From the NCBI GenBank assembly GCA_900320325.1, contig ONRU01000003.1:1-63761 (forward strand): a stretch of DNA of 63,761 bases, read 5' to 3'. Shown one piece after another: positions 1 through 9,853 of this stretch. The notes beneath the pieces were generated by a model that did not search any database, was not told where the DNA came from, and saw only the letters and a program-made list of their open reading frames with translations. How positions within the stretch are numbered: the stretch's first letter is position 1; each line of letters opens with the position of its first letter. Origin of the DNA: an uncultured Lachnospiraceae bacterium. Lineage in GTDB: Bacteria > Bacillota > Clostridia > Lachnospirales > Lachnospiraceae. The translations under genes and the position numbers were made by a program.

Positions 1-1
1 C

Positions 2-115
2 GTCGAAGTATGCTCCAAGTGCCATTCCTTCTACACCGGCACACAGAAGACTGCTGCAGCTAAGGGCCGTATCGACAGATTCAACAGAAAATACGGTTTC
101 ACTGCCAACAACTAG
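2..115 (+). CDS. rpmE: 50S ribosomal protein L31, 3' part (5' truncated by window edge)
   Basis: Frame from base 2 translates [37 protein letters not shown]; CxxCH-x-FYTG and GRIDRF are L31 hallmarks; usual position upstream of DUF1385-prmC-prfA. Confidence 0.95.
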   Translation, partial: VEVCSKCHSFYTGTQKTAAAKGRIDRFNRKYGFTANN

Positions 116-137
116 AATCTATACGAAATCAAAAATG

Positions 138-170
138 ACAAGGCCGGGATATACCCTGGCCTTGTTTCGT
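138..170 (+). terminator. Probable intrinsic terminator/hairpin after rpmE
   Basis: ACAAGGCCGGG-atata-CCCTGGCCTTGT stem followed by TTCGTT. Confidence 0.6.
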
Positions 171-205
171 TGTGTTAAAAATTCTTCGCGGGAGCTTACA
201 GACCT

Positions 206-1189
206 ATGGCAAAAGTAAAATGTAAACAGCATAACTCCGGTATCGGCGGCCAGGCTGTTCTGGAGGGCGTCATGATGCGCAGGGGAGACGACTACGCAGT
301 CGCCATCCGAAAGCCGGACAAGACGGTGACCGTCAGTAAGGAAACCTATCACGGGATCCTGGAGGGCTCCATTCTGAAAAAGACGCCCTTTGTAAGAGGC
401 GTTTTTGTTTTTCTGGATTCTCTGATCCTGGGCATGCGGATCACTTCCTATTCAGCTTCTTTTTATGAAGAGGAGGAAGAGGACACAAAGAAGGACCAGA
501 CCCCTGAACAGGCGGCCCGGTCGGAAAAAATGGATAAGATCATGGAGGGCGCTGTGACAGCCATTGCCTTTGTGATCGCCATCGGCCTGTTCTTTGTGCT
601 TCCCTATCTGATCTCTGCCCTGCTTTCACGTTTTATCCATCATCCTTTTCTGACCGCGGTGATCGAAGGCCTGCTCCGGATCGGCATTTTCATGGGCTAT
701 ATTCTGGCGATTTCCATGATGGAGGATATCCGGCGGCTTTTTCAGTACCACGGAGCGGAGCACAAATGCATCAACTGTCTGGAGCATGGACTGCCCCTGA
801 ACGTGGAGAATGTCCGCGTGTCCACCAGGTTCCATAAACGCTGCGGGACCAGCTTTATTATTTTTGTTATGCTTGTCAGCATTGTCCTCTTTTTCTTTAT
901 CCGGGTGGACAATCCCATGCTGCGGATCCTTCTGCGGATTCTGCTGATTCCCGTGATCTCGGGCATCTCCTTCGAACTGATCCGCCTGGCAGGTTCTTCC
1001 GACAATCCGGTCATCAGCCTGCTTTCAAAGCCCGGGATCTGGTTCCAGAACCTGACCACAAGGGAACCGGATGATGATATGATTCGGGTGGGCATCGCCT
1101 CCGTGGAGGCCGTTTTTGACTGGAGGGATTACCTGCGCAGGGAATTCGGCGTGCAGACAGAAACGGCGGAAGAAGCCCGGACCGCATGA
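206..1189 (+). CDS. DUF1385 (YqhQ-like) membrane protein, putative metal-dependent enzyme
   Basis: GGQAVLEGVMMR, YHGAEHK, RFHKRCGTSF and TTREPD motifs; several TM segments; context rpmE-X-prmC. Confidence 0.9.
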   Translation: MAKVKCKQHNSGIGGQAVLEGVMMRRGDDYAVAIRKPDKTVTVSKETYHGILEGSILKKTPFVRGVFVFLDSLILGMRITSYSASFYEEEEEDTKKDQTPEQAARSEKMDKIMEGAVTAIAFVIAIGLFFVLPYLISALLSRFIHHPFLTAVIEGLLRIGIFMGYILAISMMEDIRRLFQYHGAEHKCINCLEHGLPLNVENVRVSTRFHKRCGTSFIIFVMLVSIVLFFFIRVDNPMLRILLRILLIPVISGISFELIRLAGSSDNPVISLLSKPGIWFQNLTTREPDDDMIRVGIASVEAVFDWRDYLRREFGVQTETAEEARTA

Positions 1190-1285
1190 AGATACCGCCT
1201 GAGGAAGCTGCAGGAAGGGACTTTATTAGGATACCGCATGAGGATACTGCATGAGGAAACCCCATGAGGACACCGCCTGAGGATT
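1182..1285 (+). repeat. Degenerate tandem array, 8 x 13 bp, consensus CCGCATGAGGATA
   Basis: Units ccgcatgaagata/ccgcctgaggaag/ctgcaggaaggga/ctttattaggata/ccgcatgaggata/ctgcatgaggaaa/ccccatgaggaca/ccgcctgaggatt are contiguous with exact 13-bp period. Confidence 0.9.
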
Positions 1286-1302
1286 GTAACAGGAGAACAG
1301 AT

Positions 1303-2181
1303 ATGGCGTATACTTACAGAGAAGTCTGTCAGGAAGGGACCGGGAGGCTGGACTTTCTGCCGGACGCCCGCATCGACGCCCGGCGTCTGCTGGAGCATGT
1401 CTGCGGGACTTCCATACAGACCCTGCTGGCCGATCCGGACCGTCCGGTATCCCGGCAGGAATATGAAAAATATCAGGAACTGATCGCCCGCAGACAGCAG
1501 CGGGAACCCCTGGCTTATATACTGGGAGAACAGGAATTCATGGGACTGTCTTTCCGGGTCTCGCCCCATGTCCTGATTCCCGGCCAGGATACGGAAAACC
1601 TGGTGGAGGAGGCCATGCGGGAGCTGACGGACGGCAGCAGGATCCTGGATCTGTGTACCGGCAGCGGCTGTATTCTGCTCAGCCTGCTGCAGTATTCCAA
1701 CCATAACAGCGGGATCGGGACGGATCTTTCCCCGGAAGCCCTGGTAATAGCCAGAGAGAACGGGGAGCGGCTGGGTCTTTCGGACCGCGCCGACTGGCTG
1801 CAGGGAGATTTGTTCGAGGCTCTGGAGGGCCTGCCGGAGGAGAAGTTCGATCTGATCATCAGCAATCCGCCCTATATACCCACAGAAGTGATCGGGACCC
1901 TGGAACCGGAAGTGAAGGACCGGGAGCCCCGCATGGCTCTGGACGGCGGACAGGACGGCCTGGATTTCTACCGGAGGATCCTGACGGAAGCCTGGAAGCA
2001 CCTGTGCATCAGCGGCTCCGTCATGCTGGAGATCGGCTATGACCAGGGAGACTCGGTCCGGAAGATGATGGAAGAGTGCGGCTATCATGATATCCGGATC
2101 ATAAAAGACTACGCGGGCAATGACAGAGTCGCCGCCGCTGTGCGGGCCCTGGACCAGCAGGTCCCGGAGCTCATTCAATAA
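1303..2181 (+). CDS. prmC: Release factor glutamine methyltransferase PrmC/HemK
   Basis: [26 protein letters not shown]-x-x-ALDGG-x-DGL; AGGAG SD before ATG 1303 (in-frame alternative ATG at 1264). Confidence 0.95.
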   Translation: MAYTYREVCQEGTGRLDFLPDARIDARRLLEHVCGTSIQTLLADPDRPVSRQEYEKYQELIARRQQREPLAYILGEQEFMGLSFRVSPHVLIPGQDTENLVEEAMRELTDGSRILDLCTGSGCILLSLLQYSNHNSGIGTDLSPEALVIARENGERLGLSDRADWLQGDLFEALEGLPEEKFDLIISNPPYIPTEVIGTLEPEVKDREPRMALDGGQDGLDFYRRILTEAWKHLCISGSVMLEIGYDQGDSVRKMMEECGYHDIRIIKDYAGNDRVAAAVRALDQQVPELIQ

Positions 2182-2191
2182 AGGAAGAAAT

Positions 2192-3268
2192 ATGTACGAT
2201 AAGCTGGATGCAATAGTATTAAGATATGAAGATATCAACCGGGAGCTGGCCAGTCCCGGTGTCCTGTCCGACCAGGCCCGCTTCCGCAGGCTGATGAAGG
2301 AACAGAGCGACCTGACCCCTCTGGTGGAGACCTATACCCGTTTCCGCAATGTCTCGGACAATCTGGAGGAATCCAGGATGCTCCTGGAGGAGGAAGACGA
2401 CGAAGAGATGCGCGAGCTGGCCCGGGAGGAGATCAGCAGCTCCAAAAAGGAGCTGGACAGCCTGCAGGAACAGCTGAAGATCCTGCTGATCCCCAAAGAC
2501 CCCAATGATGAGAAGAACGTCATTGTGGAGATCCGGGCGGGGGCCGGCGGCGATGAAGCGGCCCTGTTCGCCGCCGAAATCTACAGGATGTACATTCATT
2601 ACGCCGAATCCAGGCGCTGGAAAGCGGAGACCCTGGATTTTGAAGAGATCGGAATCGGGGGCATGAAATATGTCAACTTCATGATTTCGGGCCAGGGCGC
2701 CTACTCCAGATTTAAATATGAGAGCGGGGTCCACCGGGTCCAGCGGGTGCCGGCGACCGAATCCGGCGGCAGGATCCATACCTCCACCATCACCGTTGCC
2801 GTGATGCCGGAGGTGGATGAGGACATCAATATCGACATCCCTGACAAGGATGTCCGGATCGATGTTATGCGTGCTTCCGGCAACGGCGGCCAGTGTGTCA
2901 ATACGACCGATTCAGCCGTCCGTCTGACCCATTACCCGACAGGGATCGTGATCTATTCCCAGACGGAGAAATCCCAGCTGCAGAACAAGGCCAAGGCCTG
3001 GGCCCTGCTGCGCTCCAAGCTCTATGACCTGGAGATGCAGAAGCGCCATGACCAGGAGGCGGACCTGCGCAGGAGCCAGATCGGTACGGGAGACCGGTCG
3101 GAAAAGATCAGGACCTATAATTACCCTCAGGGCAGGGTCACGGACCATCGGATCCATCTGACCCTTTATAAGATCGATGAGATCCTGAACGGAGATCTGG
3201 ATGAAATCATCGACGCCCTGACCACGGCCGATCAGGCAGCCAAGCTGCTCCGGATGGAAGCGGTCTGA
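2192..3268 (+). CDS. prfA: Peptide chain release factor 1
   Basis: GGQ motif (SGNGGQCVN), PAT anticodon-mimic (RVPATES), [26 protein letters not shown]; start at ATG 2192 after AAGGAAG. Confidence 0.97.
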   Translation: MYDKLDAIVLRYEDINRELASPGVLSDQARFRRLMKEQSDLTPLVETYTRFRNVSDNLEESRMLLEEEDDEEMRELAREEISSSKKELDSLQEQLKILLIPKDPNDEKNVIVEIRAGAGGDEAALFAAEIYRMYIHYAESRRWKAETLDFEEIGIGGMKYVNFMISGQGAYSRFKYESGVHRVQRVPATESGGRIHTSTITVAVMPEVDEDINIDIPDKDVRIDVMRASGNGGQCVNTTDSAVRLTHYPTGIVIYSQTEKSQLQNKAKAWALLRSKLYDLEMQKRHDQEADLRRSQIGTGDRSEKIRTYNYPQGRVTDHRIHLTLYKIDEILNGDLDEIIDALTTADQAAKLLRMEAV

Positions 3269-3311
3269 AGAACAACTGTAAGGGAGCATATCGGAGGAAC
3301 GGGAGAGAACT

Positions 3312-4439
3312 ATGAGGAACAAAGAATATACAGACCGGATCGATGAGATCGACGGTCAGATCGCGGCCCTGTACGGCAGGCGCATGGAGCTGGTGGACGA
3401 GCTGGCCCGTGTCAAACGCCTGCAGGGCGCCAAGGTCCTGGACCGCAGCCGGGAACAGCTGAAGCTGACCGCCATGGAGAATCTGGTCAGCGACGAGTAC
3501 GCGAAATTCAGCGTCCGGGAGCTGTTCGAACAGATTCTGGCTGCCGGCCGTAAACGGGAATACCAGATCCTGGCGGAATCAGAAGGACAGAGCCGCCTTC
3601 CCTTTTTCGAGCGGGAAAGCCTGGACAGAGAAAACGCCAGAGTCGTTTACCAGGGAGCTCCCGGTTCCTATTCCCAGGCAGCCATGAAGAGATTCTTCGG
3701 CCCGGACACAGACAACTTCGCGGTCCAGACTTTCCGGGATGTCATGATCGCCATTGAAGAAGGGGCCGCGGATTACGGCGTCCTGCCGATCGAGAATTCC
3801 ACAGCCGGTATTGTCAGTCAGATTTATGACCTGCTGGTGGAATTTGAGAATTACATTGTGGGAGAGCAGACCATAAAGATCGAGCATTGCCTGATGGGCG
3901 TTGAAGGATCATCACTGGAATCGATCCGAACTGTCTACTCCCATGCCCAGTCCCTGATGCAGAGTGAGCGCTACCTGAACGGGCATCCGGACTGGAGACA
4001 GATCAGCATGCAGAACAATGCCTTTGCCGCCAGAAAGGTGGCGGAGGAGCAGATGATCACACAGGCGGCCATTGCCAGTGAGTACGCGGCGCAGACTTAT
4101 GGCCTGAAGATCCTGGAAAAAGGGATCAACCAGGCGGAGAACAACTCCACCCGCTTTATCATTGTCACCAACCGCAAGATGTTCGTGAAGGACGCCGGCC
4201 GGATCAGTCTCTGTCTGGAACTGGCGCACAGGAGCGGTTCCCTCTATCATCTGCTCAGCCATATCATATATAATGGTCTTAATATGACCAAGATCGAAAG
4301 CCGTCCCATCGAGGACAGGACCTTTGAATACAGGTTCTTCATCGATTTTGAAGGGAATCTGAAAGATCCCGCTGTCCGCAACGCGTTACGGGGGCTCCGC
4401 GACGAGTCCCGCAGTCTGAAAATACTGGGGAATTACTGA
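3312..4439 (+). CDS. pheA: Bifunctional chorismate mutase/prephenate dehydratase
   Basis: N-terminal CM helices (RIDEID...RRMELV...K...D..RE), PIENST, NSTRF and ACT-domain ESRP motif. Confidence 0.92.
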   Translation: MRNKEYTDRIDEIDGQIAALYGRRMELVDELARVKRLQGAKVLDRSREQLKLTAMENLVSDEYAKFSVRELFEQILAAGRKREYQILAESEGQSRLPFFERESLDRENARVVYQGAPGSYSQAAMKRFFGPDTDNFAVQTFRDVMIAIEEGAADYGVLPIENSTAGIVSQIYDLLVEFENYIVGEQTIKIEHCLMGVEGSSLESIRTVYSHAQSLMQSERYLNGHPDWRQISMQNNAFAARKVAEEQMITQAAIASEYAAQTYGLKILEKGINQAENNSTRFIIVTNRKMFVKDAGRISLCLELAHRSGSLYHLLSHIIYNGLNMTKIESRPIEDRTFEYRFFIDFEGNLKDPAVRNALRGLRDESRSLKILGNY

Positions 4440-5749
4440 TGAGAATTGACGAATTGATACTCTACAGAGGGCTGGAGCAGGAATCTGTACTCAGGGACGC
4501 CGCCCGGCTGATGGAGGCCGGCAGGAAGGAGCAGCTGAGGGAGAAAGAGGCGGACAAGGCCAGGATCCGGCTGTACCGGATCATGCACGGCCTGGTGGAG
4601 CTGGCGGAGGAATCCGGTTTTTACGGCAGCCTCTGGCACTGCTATCTGACCAACCTGCTGGTCAATCATGAGAACAGCTACAGCCGGTCCCGGGAAATCC
4701 GGGGCGCGGTCAGCTCCAGTATCAATGTGGCGGCCCTGCATGATTTTGAAATCTTCCGCCGTCTGTTTGACTATGACTTCCGGCCGCTGGCGCAGCGCCT
4801 GGGCGTCCGGGAATTCGATTCGATCCTGTCCTTTTCGGCAGCTTCCGAAAAGAGCCGGATCTATAACCGCCGTATCCGGGACAGGATCTGTACTCTGGCC
4901 CGCCAGCTGGCGGAAACTTCCACTGCGCAGGAGATGATGGACGCGGTGACCCGTTTTTACGGAGAATACGGCGTCGGCCGTTTCGGCCTGCATAAGGCCT
5001 TCCGTGTCCATGAAAAGGACGGAGAGGTCATGATCCTGCCCATACGGAATATCCTGCATGTCCATCTGGATGACCTGATCGGCTATGAGGCGGCCAAGCG
5101 GAAACTGATCGAGAACACGGAAGCCTTTGTCAGCGGCCGGCCTGCCAACAACTGCCTGCTCTACGGAGACGCGGGCACCGGCAAATCCTCCAGCATCAAG
5201 GCCATCGCCAATCAGTATTATGACAGGGGCCTGCGGATCATTGAGATCTACCGCCACCAGTTCCGCAATCTCAACGAGGTGATCTCCCAGGTTAAGGGAC
5301 GCAATTACCGCTTCATCATCTATATGGATGACCTGAGCTTTGAGGAATTTGAGACGGAATATAAATATCTCAAGGCGGTCATCGAAGGCGGCCTGGAGAA
5401 GAAGCCTGAGAATGTCCTGATCTATGCCACCAGCAACCGCCGGCATCTGGTCAGGGAGAGCTTTAAGGACAGAGAGAACAGCTTTGACAAGCATGGCGGG
5501 GATACCGTTCAGGAGAAGCTGTCACTGGCTGCCCGTTTCGGCCTGTCCATTTATTTCGGAAAGCCCGAATTCGATGAGTATCAGGAAATCGTTGCCGCCC
5601 TGGCGGAGCGCAGCGGCATACAGATGGAACGGGAAGCCCTGCGCAGTGAAGCGACCCGCTGGCAGATGCGCCACGGCGGTCTCTCCGGCAGGACGGCCCA
5701 GCAGTTCATTGATCATCTGCTGGGACAGCAGCAGACAGACCGGATATAA
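4439..5749 (+). CDS. DUF815-family AAA+ ATPase
   Basis: Walker A GDAGTGKSS, YMDDLSFE, YATSNRRHL, EKLSLAARFG, GGLSGRTA. Confidence 0.85.
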   Translation: MRIDELILYRGLEQESVLRDAARLMEAGRKEQLREKEADKARIRLYRIMHGLVELAEESGFYGSLWHCYLTNLLVNHENSYSRSREIRGAVSSSINVAALHDFEIFRRLFDYDFRPLAQRLGVREFDSILSFSAASEKSRIYNRRIRDRICTLARQLAETSTAQEMMDAVTRFYGEYGVGRFGLHKAFRVHEKDGEVMILPIRNILHVHLDDLIGYEAAKRKLIENTEAFVSGRPANNCLLYGDAGTGKSSSIKAIANQYYDRGLRIIEIYRHQFRNLNEVISQVKGRNYRFIIYMDDLSFEEFETEYKYLKAVIEGGLEKKPENVLIYATSNRRHLVRESFKDRENSFDKHGGDTVQEKLSLAARFGLSIYFGKPEFDEYQEIVAALAERSGIQMEREALRSEATRWQMRHGGLSGRTAQQFIDHLLGQQQTDRI

Positions 5750-5822
5750 GCGGAGATATCAAAATCACGACGCGGAGAAGTTTTTGACAGCGGCTGCGGC
5801 CGCGGGAAAAGGGGGAACAGAT

Positions 5823-7394
5823 ATGGCGGTACATTTATTCGGCGCCATTGACGTAGGCAGCTATGAGATGGAGCTCATTATTTATGAGATTTCCAAAAAG
5901 AGAGGGATCCGGGAGATCGATGATATCATCCACAGGATTCCCCTGGGTACCGATACCTACAATACCGGCAAGATCAGCGTGAAACACACCTCCGAGCTGC
6001 GCAGGGTCCTGCTGGAATTCCGCAGGATCATGGACAATTACGGTGTGGAGGATTACAGGGCCTACGGGACCAGTGCCATCCGGGAAATGCAGAACTCCGC
6101 CCTGGTGCTGAACCGGCTGGAAACGGAGACCGGGATCCACATCGAGCCCCTGGGCAACGCGGAGCAGCGCTTCCTGGACTTCAAATCCATTGCCTCCAGA
6201 AGCTCCCAGTTCGACAAGCTGATCGAGGAGCCCACCGCCATCGTGGATATCGGCAGCGGCAGCATCCAGATCTCCCTGTTCGACAACGGTAAGATGGTCA
6301 CCACCCAGAATATGAATCTGGGCATCCTGCGGCTGCATGAGCAGGTCGGCAGGATCCGGGCCTCAGCCGCCCGCTTTGAGGGTCTGGTCGAAGAGCTGGT
6401 CCTGTCCAGACTCATGGTCTTCAAGCATCTGTATCTGGAAGAACGCAGGATCCGAAGCCTGATCCTGGTGGACGATTATATTTCGGAAGCGGCCCAGAAG
6501 GTCAATGTCAGGGAATTCTTCCGGGGCGCGGGAAATACCGAGGAAGTCCTCCCTGCCGGCGACGGTTTTCTCAGCCGGGAGAGATATGAAGCTTTTTATG
6601 ACCGGATCAAGACCATCAGCTATTCGCAGGTGGCCCGGGGACTTGAGATTCCGGAGGAAAATGTGCCCCTGCTCTTTATTTCGGGCATTATCCTGCGGCA
6701 GATCCTGCGGATCACGGGAGCGGACCTTCTCTGGCTCCCCGGCGTCTGTCTCTGCGATGGTATCATCTACGATTACGCGGAGAAAAAGAAATACTTTGTC
6801 TCCTCCCATGATTTTGAAAAGGATATTATTTCCAGCGCCCATGAGATCAGCCGGCGCTATAACGGGTCGCAGGAGCGCAGCAAGACCCTGGAAAAGATCG
6901 CCCTGAAGATCTTCGACAGTACCAGCAGAATCCACGGCATGGGCAGCAGGGAACGCCTCCTGCTGCAGATCGCGGCCATCCTGCATGACTGCGGCAAATT
7001 CATCAGCATGAACGACCTGTCGGAATGCGCCTACCATATCATTATGGCGACCGAGATCATCGGTCTGTCCGGCGGGGAAAGGGAGATCGTGGCCAACGTG
7101 GTCCGCTTCAATCACAGCCGTTTCGTTTATTATGAGGAGCAGACCGCCATCGACCGGGAACGTTATTCCGTGATCGCCAGGCTGACCGCGATCCTGCGGG
7201 CCGCCAACGGTCTTGACCGGTCCCACAAGCACAAATTCAGCGATTTCAAGATCCGCATGAAGGGAGATCAGCTGACCATCACAGTCGACGTACACAAGGA
7301 CATAACACTTGAAAAGGGGCTGTTCGACAAAAAAGCGGATTTCTTCGAAGAGATCTTCAACATCAGGCCTGTCATTAAACAGAAGAAACTGTAA
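5823..7394 (+). CDS. ppx: Exopolyphosphatase Ppx/GppA family with HD domain
   Basis: AIDVGS, GTSAIRE, DIGSGS, LHDCGK and DRSH motifs; adjacent to ppk1; start taken at ATG 5823 after GGGGGA SD. Confidence 0.9.
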   Translation: MAVHLFGAIDVGSYEMELIIYEISKKRGIREIDDIIHRIPLGTDTYNTGKISVKHTSELRRVLLEFRRIMDNYGVEDYRAYGTSAIREMQNSALVLNRLETETGIHIEPLGNAEQRFLDFKSIASRSSQFDKLIEEPTAIVDIGSGSIQISLFDNGKMVTTQNMNLGILRLHEQVGRIRASAARFEGLVEELVLSRLMVFKHLYLEERRIRSLILVDDYISEAAQKVNVREFFRGAGNTEEVLPAGDGFLSRERYEAFYDRIKTISYSQVARGLEIPEENVPLLFISGIILRQILRITGADLLWLPGVCLCDGIIYDYAEKKKYFVSSHDFEKDIISSAHEISRRYNGSQERSKTLEKIALKIFDSTSRIHGMGSRERLLLQIAAILHDCGKFISMNDLSECAYHIIMATEIIGLSGGEREIVANVVRFNHSRFVYYEEQTAIDRERYSVIARLTAILRAANGLDRSHKHKFSDFKIRMKGDQLTITVDVHKDITLEKGLFDKKADFFEEIFNIRPVIKQKKL

Positions 7395-7404
7395 GGGGGA
7401 TATC

Positions 7405-9606
7405 ATGGCAGTAACAGGCAGAGAAGAATATTACGATCCCGCGTACTATACGAACCGGGAACTGAGCTGGCTGCAGTTCAACCGCAGATGTCTGAGCGAA
7501 GCCAGGAACAAGGAGAACCCTCTCTTTGAGAGACTGAAATTCCTGAGCATAACCGCTTCCAACCTGGATGAGTTCTTCATGGTCCGTGTGGCCTCCATCC
7601 AGGACCAGGTCAACGCCGGCTATAAGAAAAAGGATATCGCGGGCATGACCGCCGGTGAACAGCTGGAAGCCATCCTGGAGGATACCCATAAGTTCATCAG
7701 CCAGCAGTACTGGACCCTCAACCATCAGCTGCTGCCCGGGCTCCGGGAGAATGCCCTTACCCTGGTGAAGTCCTGTGAGGATCTGACGGGAAAGGAAAAG
7801 ATCTATATCGATAATTATTTCGATACGGAGGTCTTTCCGGTCCTGACCCCGATGGCCGTCGACAATACCAGGCCTTTTCCGCTGATCCGCAATAAGAGCC
7901 TGAACCTGGGCGCCATCCTCTCCAGAAAGGACGAGGCCGGCCCCGGTATCCTGGGCCGGACCAAAAAGACCCGGAAAACGGATAAGGCAGAGAAACCGGC
8001 ATGGGAATTCGCCACCGTCCAGGTGCCCGGCGTCCTGCCGCGTCTGATCCACCTGCCCGGTAAAAAGGAAAAGGGTGTCAGGGTCATCCTGCTGGAGGAG
8101 ATCATCCGTGCCAATATGGATAAGCTTTTCCTCAATTACAACGTGCTGTCCTGCTATCCCTACCGCATCATGCGCAACGCGGATCTGACCGTGGATGAGG
8201 AAGAGGCGGAAGACCTGCTCAAGGAGATCGAGAAACAGCTGCGCAAGCGGCAGCGGGGACAGACCATCCGTCTGGAGATCGAGGAGGGCGCCGATGAGCG
8301 CCTGCTGGACTTCCTGAAGGAGCAGCTGGCTGTGGACCAGAACAAGGTCTATCCCATTGACGGCCCCATTGATCTGACTTTCCTGATGAAGGTCTATGGC
8401 ATCAAGGGCTTTGAAGAACTGCGGGAGCACGGTTACGCCGGACCCCAGGAAGTGCCGGAACTGCCGTCCGGCAGCAATGTCTTTGACCGGATCCGGGAAG
8501 GGGATGTCTTTATGTTCCATCCCTTCCAGACTTTCCGCCCTGTGGTGGATTTTGTCCGGCAGGCGGCGGAAGATCCCGATGTCCTGGCCATCAAGCAGAC
8601 CCTGTACCGGGTCAGCGGCAATTCGCCCATCATCGCGGCGCTGGCCCGGGCCGCGGAGAACAACAAGCAGGTCACTGTCCTGGTCGAACTGAAGGCCAGA
8701 TTCGATGAGGAACACAATATTGAATGGGCCAGGATGCTGGAGCGGGCCGGCTGCCATGTCATTTATGGACTGGTAGGCCTCAAGACCCACAGCAAGATCA
8801 CCCTGGTCGTCCGCCGGGAGGAAGACGGCATCCGCCGTTATGTCCATCTGGGCACCGGCAACTACAATGACAGCACAGCCCGGCTCTATACCGACTGCGG
8901 CCTGCTGACCTGCAACGACGCCATCGGCGAGGACGCCACAGCGGTCTTCAACATGCTGTCCGGTTATTCGGAACCCAGGAACTGGAACCGGCTGACCCTG
9001 GCGCCCCTCTGGCTCAAGAACCGTTTCCTGTACATGATCGAACGGGAACGCGGACATGCCCTGGCCGGAGAATCCGCCCAGATCGTAGCCAAAATGAACG
9101 CGCTCTGCGATCCGGATATTATCGCGGCCCTCTACGCCGCCAGCGCGGCGGGTGTCCGCATCCGCCTGATCGTCCGCGGGATCTGCTGCCTGAAGACCGG
9201 CATTCCCGGCATCAGTGACAATATCAGTGTCCGCTCGATCGTCGGCAATTTCCTGGAACACGGCCGGATCTATTACTTTGAGAACGGCGGCGTGCCGGAG
9301 GTCTACTGCTCCAGCGCCGACTGGATGCCCAGGAACCTGGACCGCAGGGTGGAGATCCTCTTCCCCCTGCTGGATCCCGACATCCGGCAGAAAGCGGTCC
9401 GTATCCTGCAGGTACAGCTGACGGATACCGTCAAGGCCCAGGTCATGAAGGCGGACGGCAGTTATGAAAGAGTCGACCGCCGGGGGAAAGAGCTGGTCGA
9501 TTCTCAGAAGGTTTTCTGCCAGGAGGCGGTACAGGCGGCAAAGGTCCTGAAAAAGGAAGCGGACAGCCGTACCTTTATCCCGCAGGAGCACAGGGAGCAG
9601 GAGTGA
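7405..9606 (+). CDS. ppk1: Polyphosphate kinase 1
   Basis: NRELSWLQFN, NLDEFFMVRVA, HPF (phospho-His), ELKARFDEEHN, HLGTGNYN, SADWMPRNLDRRVE. Confidence 0.97.
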   Translation: MAVTGREEYYDPAYYTNRELSWLQFNRRCLSEARNKENPLFERLKFLSITASNLDEFFMVRVASIQDQVNAGYKKKDIAGMTAGEQLEAILEDTHKFISQQYWTLNHQLLPGLRENALTLVKSCEDLTGKEKIYIDNYFDTEVFPVLTPMAVDNTRPFPLIRNKSLNLGAILSRKDEAGPGILGRTKKTRKTDKAEKPAWEFATVQVPGVLPRLIHLPGKKEKGVRVILLEEIIRANMDKLFLNYNVLSCYPYRIMRNADLTVDEEEAEDLLKEIEKQLRKRQRGQTIRLEIEEGADERLLDFLKEQLAVDQNKVYPIDGPIDLTFLMKVYGIKGFEELREHGYAGPQEVPELPSGSNVFDRIREGDVFMFHPFQTFRPVVDFVRQAAEDPDVLAIKQTLYRVSGNSPIIAALARAAENNKQVTVLVELKARFDEEHNIEWARMLERAGCHVIYGLVGLKTHSKITLVVRREEDGIRRYVHLGTGNYNDSTARLYTDCGLLTCNDAIGEDATAVFNMLSGYSEPRNWNRLTLAPLWLKNRFLYMIERERGHALAGESAQIVAKMNALCDPDIIAALYAASAAGVRIRLIVRGICCLKTGIPGISDNISVRSIVGNFLEHGRIYYFENGGVPEVYCSSADWMPRNLDRRVEILFPLLDPDIRQKAVRILQVQLTDTVKAQVMKADGSYERVDRRGKELVDSQKVFCQEAVQAAKVLKKEADSRTFIPQEHREQE

Positions 9607-9683
9607 GCGCTGATCATCGGGAAGGGCCCTGAGTCTGACGGACCGGGAACAGTCGGCCGGAGACAGAAAACGCGTCATAATTT

Positions 9684-9746
9684 AACAGAATCATAAATAA
9701 ACAGAAACATAAATAAATAAACAGAAACATAAATATAAATAGAAAT
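9684..9746 (+). repeat. AT-rich direct repeats AACAGAA(A/T)CATAAATA x3 plus a partial fourth, upstream of the purF-like promoter
   Basis: Copies start at 9684, 9700, 9720; degenerate AATAGAAAT at 9738. Confidence 0.8.
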
Positions 9747-9760
9747 GCCGGACGGTTTAG

Positions 9761-9769
9761 TGCTATAAT
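9761..9769 (+). promoter_or_regulatory. Extended -10 sigmaA promoter for purF-like gene
   Basis: TGCTATAAT; no consensus -35 at 17 bp spacing. Confidence 0.6.
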
Positions 9770-9853
9770 AAGCCGATTCGGCAAAAAAATCAGGGGAGTT
9801 TATTTCGGAAGGGGAAGAGTACCACATTTCACAGCCAAAAGAAAGGAGCATCT

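Noticed and set aside
1182-1285. 13-bp (and 11-bp) arrays as CRISPR
   Set aside because: Units are contiguous with no unique spacers, too short, and no cas genes are present
5424-5822. Extended ORF starts in the track (ppx 5424, ppk1 7309, prfA 2120, yicC 45276, PHP-HAD 13553, rpsB 36981)
   Set aside because: They overlap upstream genes or leaders; downstream ATGs have SD sequences and match family N-termini
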